This document shows positions 45,656-54,230 of a stretch of DNA of 64,000 nucleotides, in pieces; position 1 is the stretch's first letter, and every line of letters begins with the position of its first letter. The notes under the pieces are model-generated. The model saw only the letters and a program-made list of their open reading frames with translations. It was not told where the DNA came from and ran no database searches. Position numbers and translations under genes: made by a program. This stretch comes from Pelagomonas calceolata (taxonomy: Eukaryota): NCBI GenBank assembly GCA_918797485.1, contig CAKKNE010000002.1, forward strand, positions 1,550,001 through 1,614,000. Direction: 5' to 3'.

Positions 45656-46627
45656 TTAAGCGGTCGGCGTCCGGGCGACCGTCGCGTCGTACGTCTTGAG
45701 TTCGGTAGACGGGGGCGGCGCGGACTGCACGCGGATCGCGCGCGCGGCTGCGGCGGCGGCGGCCTCGCCGGCCGAGCGCGGCGGTCTTAATGGAGACTGC
45801 GCCCGGAGCCGCGCGCGCTCGCCGCGCGGCGGCGAGGCCTCGCCGCGCGGTCTCAATAGAAGCGCCCCGACGAGGCACGGCGCGAGTTCTAGAAGAACGT
45901 TCGCGAGGAGGTCCGCGGCGCACGCGGCGTCGCACGGCAGCGCATTCATCTCCCGGGCCCAGAGCGCGTAGCGCACGCCCTGCGCGAGGCACACCCCAGC
46001 AGAGAGCGCGACGGCGCGGTCCAGCAGTGATAGGAGGGCCGGCGGCGCCTTGGCCCGGCCTTGCCGCGGCGAGTCCCCAAGGGCTCGTAACAAATCAGCG
46101 CGCGTCTTCGCGAGGGCGGCCGCGACGACGGCGCAGCTTATAGCGTATACCACGAGCACGGCCGTGCCGCAGGCTTGGGCAATCGTCACATCGGTCGCCG
46201 TCGCCGCGCGGCCGGCCATCGTTACTACAAGTGCGGCCCACACGGCGACGAGCAAAGAAAATAACGCCGTCGCTCTAGGACAAGGTAAACCATCGACGCC
46301 TCTCCTCAATGCGAACAGAAACACCGCCAACGCCGCGTAGGCGCCCAGGAAGCCGCTCCCCGCCAAAGCTCGCACCATGCGACACGGCCAATCGACCTCT
46401 TCGCAGGCGGGACACGCCAGAATCTGCGCGCCGTCGGCGAGGCCCCGGCCCAAGCAACCTATAGTAACAAGAACCAGCACGAGCGCCCGCGCGGCGGCGC
46501 CCGGCGACTCTCGCCGCTCCTCGGCCGGTTGTTCGTTCGACGGTTTCGGCGCCGTGTTGAGGGAGAAGACCCAGGCGCCCGTCGCGAGGTTGAGGGCGCA
46601 GCCCGCGGCTCTTAGCGGGGTGCACAT
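45656..46627 (-). CDS. Multi-pass membrane protein, THH1/TOM1/GPR137-like
   Basis: About 7 TMs; LAGSGFLGAYAALAVF and LLELAPCLVGALLLR resemble TOM1 motifs. Confidence 0.5.
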   Translation of the reverse strand: MCTPLRAAGCALNLATGAWVFSLNTAPKPSNEQPAEERRESPGAAARALVLVLVTIGCLGRGLADGAQILACPACEEVDWPCRMVRALAGSGFLGAYAALAVFLFALRRGVDGLPCPRATALFSLLVAVWAALVVTMAGRAATATDVTIAQACGTAVLVVYAISCAVVAAALAKTRADLLRALGDSPRQGRAKAPPALLSLLDRAVALSAGVCLAQGVRYALWAREMNALPCDAACAADLLANVLLELAPCLVGALLLRPRGEASPPRGERARLRAQSPLRPPRSAGEAAAAAAARAIRVQSAPPPSTELKTYDATVARTPTA

Positions 46628-46886
46628 CTGATTTTAGTTTACGTCGTGCTACTCTCGGTGGCTGATTTTACGTCACCACTGAGGATGCCTACCGCCTCTC
46701 CATTATGTTTTGCTGGGTGCCGAAGTGCAGGCAACAAAAACTGCCTGGTCACAGTGCGGCGCGCCGAAGCTTTTGGTTTTTCAGCCTGGCGACGAAAGAA
46801 ATCGCACTTTTGCGTCGCGTTGGCCTCCCAGCGCAGCGGGCGGGGCTAAAAAGCACACCGTGCTGCTTTTTGGGCTTGGGATAATG

Positions 46887-46910
46887 GCTAGCGGCCCGTA
46901 AGACACTAGC
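46887..46910. promoter_or_regulatory. Recurrent upstream quasi-palindrome (copy)
   Basis: GCTAGCGGCCCGTAAGACACTAGC, ~260 bp upstream of ATG 46627. Confidence 0.5.
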
Positions 46911-47140
46911 AAGCAGCAATGCATCCTTCCCAGGCCCCGCCCACTAGTCCTAGCACCGTAACAATATACACGCCTCCAATGAATCGGAAGGACGAGCCCG
47001 GGCGGAACATTACCGGTCTAAGACGGCGGAGTGCGAAATAAAATCGCAGCACTAAAACGGGCCCCGTCGAACGTGCGACAGAATCACCGCACTTCTAACC
47101 GCACTAAAACAACGGCTGCGAAGAAAAACAAACACAAAAC

Positions 47141-49403
47141 CTACTGGGACTCGACGGCGGACCCCGGCGCCGACCAGGCAAAACGAGAAAGCCCCTCGGA
47201 CTCGACGACGGCCGCCGCCGACACCGCTGCATCAACAGCATTCTTCTCGAAGTCGCGCCGCAGCCCCAACGCCGCGCGCACGTCGCCTCGACATACGCCC
47301 GCGGCCGACAGCCGCAGCGTCCTCACGTCACTCGGCGCCTCGACGCACAACAACGCCAAAGCGGCCGTCGTGGCCTCGAGCTCGGGACGTAACGTCGCCC
47401 GAAAGACCTCGCCCTCGCCCAGCGACTCCTCGGACGGCAATAACGCGCCCAGCGTCGCGAAGAGCTTCCGCGCGTCGCGCCGTAGCGCGAGGGCCCCCAA
47501 GGCGCCTACGTTGTCGCCGCTCGTGCACCGCGCCAATACCGCATTCGCAGCGTCTTTCGCTAATTTCCGACATAACGCTAATCTAGGCGCGCCCGCCGGC
47601 AGCGCGTCCAAGGCCGCCGTCAAAGCGGCATGATTTAGTACTTTCTCATAGGCGTTGTCCAGCGCCGAGTCGTCGTCACCAAGCACGTCCTGGTCGCCCA
47701 GTTTTGAGTACCTTCCTATTTTATCAGCAACAACATCAGCAAAGAAACTTCTCCGAGAAAGCATCAGACCGGGCTCGTCGAACAAAGCGGATAGTGCACC
47801 TGCGCGGAGGAGCATCGTATTCACTGGAAACGGTCCGAATGGCCTCAAAATCAAAAAAGAAACCAGCCACGACCTCGTCTGATGGACACGAGTCGCGTCG
47901 ATGGCGTGAAGGCGCCGCAACACTTCAAAACGCCGAGATCGCACCGGCCGCGAGCTCGTCGTACTGGTGTGAGGCGTGGTCGAAGTCATCTAGTAGAGGC
48001 ACGGCTAAAGGTACCGACCGCGCGAGCTCGCCCACCACTTCATCCTTCAGCGCCGCCACCGAAGAAGCACAGGCGAAGGCGCCGCCTGCTGCCACTGCTA
48101 AGGATTCGATCGACGCGCCGCGGACCTCCTCATCCACCGCATCAATTAACGACAGCTCCTTCTTCTCGCCCCTTGTAGCTAGTGAAGCCGCTGACTGGAA
48201 GACTTCGGCGTCCAGGGCCAGCGTCGCCAGCGTCCGGTGTAATTCCGCCAGCGCGGCCTGCTCTGATAGCGTCCCGACAGCTCGGTCCACGCCCCTCCGC
48301 AACACGAAGAAGGCGTCCTGCAAGGCAGCCAGCGGGTCGTCCATATCCTCAAGCGCTTCTCGCACGCCCGCATCTCTATACCTATCTTCCAGTTGGATAT
48401 ACAAACCTTCCAAGGTTTGTAAGGATTTCAGGAGAGTAGCCGTAACGGTCTCACCCTCCCCGAGCGCCCCCTCGACGAACCTCGTAAAGCGGTGGCCGAA
48501 CTGCAGCGCGAACGAGCACTCGTCTAGTAAAGCATCAGCTTCAGTTAAGTTGGAAATGGGCTCCCTACTAACAGTTTCCACGGACTTCATCATCGCGAAC
48601 CTTTCCAAAGCGTCGACGCCGGCGTTGACGCCTATTTGTAAAGGTTTTTCGGCGGCCTTTGCGCACCGCGCTTCGCCCAACACCGTACAAGCTTGCGCGA
48701 CCGCCGCCGCGGCACACGCCGCACCCAGCGCATTTCCTAATGCGGTAGCGTGGGCGTGCACGCTGTTCTCCTCCTCGGGTATGGCACCTCTTATCTCAAG
48801 AGTGGCGTGGTTCGCTCGACGATGCGCCGCGGCGGCCAACGCCGTGCCCAGCGCTTCCGTCGCGTCATCACTCAAACCCAAGAACGCGAGGCGCTCGCAG
48901 GCCCTCGATACACTTTCAACAGCGTCGTCCTCGGTCTCGACGCCGCCGTCGCCGACAACTTCGTCGGCACCTCGGGCCGCGACCGTCGCCGCGACTTCCA
49001 GCGACGCGAGCAGCCGCGGTTTTGAACCTTTCAAGGCGGCGTCGGCGAGCGCTTTCACAACATCATCTCCCTGATGACGCGCCGCGTTCAGTAGAGGAAG
49101 TAAAGCGGCCACCACCTGATCGTCGTCGCCTTCTTCCCTTGCCACGTGGCACTGTTCTACCATGAGACCGATTGCTTCCATAGAATCGTCCTGCGGACTT
49201 CGCGGCGGCTTCGGAGGCTTCGGCGGCTGCGGCGGCGAGCGGTGCTTCGCGGCGCGCGCCGCGAACTTGGCGCGCGCCGGCGTGCGTCCCGGCGGCGGCT
49301 GGGGCACGTCCGGCGTCGCATCCGCGACCGGCTCGCCGCCCGCGCGCGCGATCGCCGCATCCATCTTCTCGTCGTAGTTGGGGTTCGCAGGGGGTCTGCT
49401 CAT
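47141..49403 (-). CDS. COG4: Conserved oligomeric Golgi complex subunit 4-like; exons 49403-47945, 47799-47141 (~705 aa)
   Basis: DALLDE, YIQLEDRY, QDAFFVLRRGVDRA, LGALALRRDARKL. Confidence 0.7.
47800..47944 (-). mobile_element. Introner family C intron (145 nt)
   Basis: GTGCGATCTCGGCGT...CTCCTCCGCGCAG. Confidence 0.87.
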
Positions 49404-49845
49404 GATCTCTTTTTGGAGCCTGGCGCACAGCTTACTTTGGCACACAGCTCACTTTTTGGAGCCTTGAGCCTGGTGCAGCAATGAGAAGCGCTGGCGCCCG
49501 TTTTTTTGGAGCCTGGCACGCAGGTTGCTGTGGGTTCGACAAATGCCAGCGCTGGCCCGAAACTGGTTAAGTTTTACTAGCAAACAGGCTTGAAACTGGA
49601 CCAAAAAATGAAAGCCAAGTAGTGAGATAGACACACTAGACATTCGGGTCGAGCTGCTAAAAAGTGCCTGCCTGCCGTCTAGGGACCGTCCCAGTCGCTG
49701 CGCACGCGTTTTCCTGCTTACCGCTGCCTATTATCGTCAGTGTAGGCAAAGCGCGGTACCGCTAACCGCGCCAAAGCCCAATCAGCTCCTGAGACTTCCT
49801 GGTCATCCGCGTCGTTCCGCTGCGAGCCGCTGCACCAACGACACC

Positions 49846-50301
49846 ATGACCTCCCTCCGCCGATTAACGAAGGAGTTCGAGGCCCTCGAGAAGAACCCGC
49901 TCGACTTCTGCGAGGTCGCGCCCGCCGCCGACAAGCTGTCCGCCGAAGCAACACTCCAGGGCCCGCCCGGCACGCCCTACGCGAACGGCGTCTGGACTTT
50001 GGACTTAACCTTCCCCGAGAACTACCCCTTCAAGGCGCCGACCGTCACGTTCCGCACGGAGATCAAGCACCCTAATGTCAAAACCGACACCGGCGAGGTC
50101 TGCCCCGAGGTCTTCTTCCCGAACTGGTCGCCCACCATGAATGTTAGATTAGTCCTCTCGAACGTGCGCGAGGTCCTCAAGAATCCGGTGGTGGAGACGC
50201 CCCTCGAGGCCGAGCTCGCGGAGCTCTTCGCGAACGACCGGCCCAAGTTCGACAAGCTCGTCAAGGACCACGTGAAGGGCCTCGGGAAGAAGAAAAAGTA
50301 G
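49846..50301 (+). CDS. Ubiquitin-conjugating enzyme E2
   Basis: GPPGTPY, FPENYPFKAP, HPNV...GEVC active site, WSP. Confidence 0.95.
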   Translation: MTSLRRLTKEFEALEKNPLDFCEVAPAADKLSAEATLQGPPGTPYANGVWTLDLTFPENYPFKAPTVTFRTEIKHPNVKTDTGEVCPEVFFPNWSPTMNVRLVLSNVREVLKNPVVETPLEAELAELFANDRPKFDKLVKDHVKGLGKKKK

Positions 50302-50335
50302 AGCTGCTGTGTAACCTTGTTCTAGTCTTAAACAA

Positions 50336-52964
50336 TCACATTTTTATGAGCTGCGTGTCCTCGGCCGTCGGCGGGCGCGACCCCGGCGACTCGGACGGCG
50401 CGGCGCCCTCGGCCTTCTTCTTCTTCGAGAGCCGTCCGAACAGCGACAGCTTCGGCGTCGGCTGCCGCTCGGACGGCGCCGGCGCCGGCGCCGGGGCTGG
50501 AGCCGGCTCGTCGACGAGGCCCGCCAGGGAGAGGTCGCCCATCGTGCGCCTCCTAGCTCGTAGTTCTTCGGCCCGCTCCGGCCAGAAGTAGGTCGCGCGG
50601 CCGTCGTGCCCGGCGAACGTGTAGTCGTGGCGCGGATCCAACCATTGGGAGGTGTGCGACGCGACGTGGTAGTGGAACTCGCGCTCCGTCGCGGGATCCG
50701 TAAATTTCTGCCAGCCCAGCGTCATCGCGTCGGCCGGTCTTCTCCGCAGAAAGTCGTCGCCGTCCTGGGGCACGGGCGCGGGCCATTCTCGCACCGGTCG
50801 TCTTCTAGGTGTCGCCGTCGTGTCTCCACTCGGATTCAGGTCCACGCCGCCTGATACCATAGGCACTCGTATCGGCGTATCATAAGCTTTCCAGATTGAA
50901 TCGTGCAGTGCACCAATAGCGAAAGGTTTCTTATCAAATAGTAAATCGGCAAGTAATTTGCCGAACCGCAACCCGTACATGTCTCTCAGCAGATTAGTTG
51001 TGTTGAATATATATATACTATCCGTGAGCACCGTCTCATCGTCCAGGTCGCGACATTCATCCATCTCTAACTCCAGCCAATACGACGACGAACTCTTCGT
51101 ATGTCGAACACGAATCCACCCCAGCAACCGGCGCGCCGTGAGCCGCCAGCTCTTCTCCAGCGTACTATGATTGACCAAGCTTCTTTCTAGTGATGGAGCG
51201 ACCATCAAGCACCCGAACAGCGCCTCGTCCGCCGGATCGAGACACGGTAATTGATGTCTCGACCAGAACTCGCTCCAGAAGAACTTCCGCTGCAGCTGCA
51301 GGTGGAAGAGTCCTGCGTAGCGGCGGTTTCGCGTGTTGCCGCGGTTTTCTGGCTCTCTCGCGGCGTCGACGCGACTCGTTTCCATCAGAGAAGGCGCTGG
51401 GTGGTCTCTATGGCAATTTTGAGTCGATTCGGACGCCGCGCGACGCACGTAATGGTCTGAGTAGTACAGGACAAGCACAGCAAGCTCGTATGAGCTCAGG
51501 AAACCGCACATGTGTCTTCTCCCCGAACAACGATGAAAACAGGTGCAAATGCCCTTTCGGGGTCCCGCCATGCCTGTGTGGGAATCAACCAGTGAGTCGG
51601 GTGCTGGCTCCGTCGAGCGGCGAGGAACCGGCATCGCCACGCCATCGAGTAGGCGTCGCGTCGATGGCGTGGAGGACGACGCGACGATTCAGCAACGCGC
51701 CGTGAAATTTTGATTTCTGCACTGCTCCATGCATGAGTGATACTAAATCCTCAAAGGGCTTGAGGGGCACTAACGCGTTCTCCGCGATCATTTGCGGGTC
51801 CAACAACAGCCGGAAGAACTTGAGGATCACGCCACAAGGACTTTGCCGCGCGAAGTCGTAGCCCGCAATGAGGAAGCGAGGGAACGTAATACACCCAACA
51901 TCGCGCGCCCTTTTGAGACCATGTAATTCTTTGACAAATAACAATGGGATTAGTATGAGTGAAGTGGCTTCGGACGTCTGGTGGTCGAACAAGTCCTGGA
52001 AATAATAAGTAGATATGCGGTTCGGTACCTTATGACCTGCGCGGCGCGTCGCAGTCGTCGACGGCGTCCTGATGGCCACGTAGACTCTCGTGGGATCACG
52101 ACGACGGCGTGACGCCATCGACGCGACCGCTGTCTCTCTGACACGCCGCGACGGCCCCGACGTGGTCCGAACGGCCTCAAACTCGAAAAAGAAACCAGCC
52201 GCGACCTCGTCTCATGGACACGAGTCACATCAACAAAGTGAAGACACCACAACACGACGGGACGCCGAGAACTGACTGTCGTCCGGGTGCTTCTTCGCGT
52301 GCAGATTGTCGTAGTACGCCTCATAAACTTTATACATCTCGCCCTGCGTGATCTTGTGGTGGAGCGCCCAAGCTTCCAAGACCAAGAACGCCTGCTGGTC
52401 CATGAGCGACGGGGGAAACTTGGCGCCGCTCTCGTCCGGCCTTATGACCTCCTTGCCTTTGCTATCGACGGACGTCGTCTGGATGCGATATTCCCTACCT
52501 GCTCTGGTGCCGTCCGCTCGTTTCGAGGCGAGGTACTTCCGATAAGCCGCGACCACCCAAGCTAATTTGCCGCCCCGGGCTTTCGCGGCCGCTCGGCGCA
52601 TGGCCGCGGCCCGCAACTTCCTACGTCTTTTCCGTTCCTTCACCGTTAATTTTCTCATTTTTCCTGTTTTCTCATCTAGTTCTTCGTCGGAAGACTCCTT
52701 GGCCCGGAGACCGGCCGTGAAGGACGCGCGCCAGGACTCAAGAATAGCGTCGGCCTCGGCCTTGATTTCGTTCCTTTTGATTTCTTCGGGCGTCGGGCCC
52801 GGGGGCGGCTGGTTCCGCTGCCGTCGCGCTCGTCGTCGCGCGCGCCGCTCCTGCCGCCTTCTTTCGTCAGCTTCCGCGCGCGTTTCCCGACCTTCCTTCG
52901 GCGCGGCCTCGGCGAGCTTGGCGCGCATCTCCTCCTCCGTGGGTCTCCTCGGTTCGTCGGCCAT
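50336..52964 (-). CDS. Hypothetical protein with C-terminal WW domain; exons 52964-52277, 52036-51733, 51573-51449, 51312-50336 (~697 aa)
   Basis: WW: LGWQKFTDPATEREFHYHVASHTSQWLDP; exon sum 2094 nt. Confidence 0.7.
51313..51448 (-). mobile_element. Introner family C intron (136 nt)
   Basis: GTGCGTCGCGCGGCGT...CGCTACGCAG; restores frame. Confidence 0.75.
51574..51732 (-). mobile_element. Introner family A intron (159 nt, GC-AG)
   Basis: TSD CGCCATGC/CTCCATGC; TIRs. Confidence 0.87.
52037..52276 (-). mobile_element. Introner family C intron with family B-like internal segment (240 nt)
   Basis: GTCAGTTCTCGGCGT...CCGCGCAG; 52081-52125 resembles 32839-32875. Confidence 0.8.
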
Positions 52965-53122
52965 CGTTCCTTGGGGCAGCACTTGGGGCAGCCTGCACCG
53001 CCTCGTCGAGGCTGCGCGACCGCTGAGCGCGTGGATCGAACGCGTGCGCCCTCGATCCGCTGCCCTACTCCTGTCCGGGCGCGTAGGTGTCTCGCGGCGC
53101 GGCGCCGAGCACAGCGCTTTTT

Positions 53123-53145
53123 GCTAGTGTCTTACATCCGCTAGC
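53123..53145. promoter_or_regulatory. Recurrent upstream quasi-palindrome (copy)
   Basis: GCTAGTGTCTTACATCCGCTAGC between divergent genes. Confidence 0.5.
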
Positions 53146-53212
53146 TTGGCTCGAGATCCGGGCTTTTCACGAGCAGACGCGCATTGTTGGTGCAAACGCT
53201 GCCCCTCTACAA

Positions 53213-54211
53213 ATGCAGGAGGAGTGGGGCCATGCGGTGGCCGCGGAGGCGCTGCCCGCGGAAGAAGGAGTAGTTATGGCCGAAGTCCTAGGTGTGGAGG
53301 AAGGTGACAATATGAGGGAGATGATCGTCGGCGAGATCGTGGATGAGCGCCCAACGCAAGATCTTTCTCCGGGTCCGTCGCCGCTGGGCTACATCGTCAA
53401 CCGGTGGAAGGCGCACGACGGTGAGCATCGGGCGGGACGGATGCTGGGTTTTCGGGGTAGAAACGCCTGCCTCGAGGCGACGTGGGGACCCGGCGGAAAC
53501 AAACCGGGCGAAGTGCCGTGGGAGCTTTTCCCCGCAGACGAATGGAACCCAAACACCGGCCAGCGCGTGGCGCGCGGGACGTGGAACCCGCTGCGCGGCA
53601 ACCACGGCAGTCCGGGGACGTTTTCCCACCAGGGCGGCGGCCGGCTGTACTACATCGTCAACAGATGGAAGACGCACGACGGTGAGGGTCGGGCAGGTCT
53701 CATGCTCGGGTTCAATGGTCATAACGCCATCCTCGAGGGGCGGTGGGGGGAGCCGGGGGGCAGGGACAAGGTCGTGTGGGAGCTGTTTCCAGCAGATGAG
53801 TGGGATCCGCACACCGGCAAGCGCGTGGCACGCGGCTCGTGGAACCCGCTGCGCGGCAACCACGGGACGTCGGGAACGTTCGCTCACCAGGGCGGCGGCA
53901 AGCTGTATTACATCGTCAACCGGTGGAAGGCGCACAACGGCGAGCATCGAGCCGGGCGAATGCTCGGTTTCACAGGTGAGAATGCTGTCCTCGAAGGGAC
54001 GTGGGGCCGGCCGGGGGGCAGGGACAAGGTGCCGTGGGAACTATTCCCCGCGGACGAGTGGACTCCAATGGGAAACCGTGTGGAACGCGGGTCGTTTAAT
54101 CCGCTTCGGGGCGGCCATGGTAGGAGCTGTAGTCCCGGGGCGTTCTCGCACAGGCTTGGCGACCTGCCAGTGGTCATACCGCCGGCCACGGAGTGCTGCA
54201 CCCTCATGTAA
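53213..54211 (+). CDS. Protein of three 86-87-aa tandem repeats with C-terminal CaaX (CCTLM)
   Basis: Repeats start at 53390, 53651 and 53909 (YIVNRWK...GRMLGF...WELFPADEW...WNPLRGNHG). Confidence 0.8.
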   Translation: MQEEWGHAVAAEALPAEEGVVMAEVLGVEEGDNMREMIVGEIVDERPTQDLSPGPSPLGYIVNRWKAHDGEHRAGRMLGFRGRNACLEATWGPGGNKPGEVPWELFPADEWNPNTGQRVARGTWNPLRGNHGSPGTFSHQGGGRLYYIVNRWKTHDGEGRAGLMLGFNGHNAILEGRWGEPGGRDKVVWELFPADEWDPHTGKRVARGSWNPLRGNHGTSGTFAHQGGGKLYYIVNRWKAHNGEHRAGRMLGFTGENAVLEGTWGRPGGRDKVPWELFPADEWTPMGNRVERGSFNPLRGGHGRSCSPGAFSHRLGDLPVVIPPATECCTLM

Positions 54212-54230
54212 ACTAAATAAATCTTCTGTC

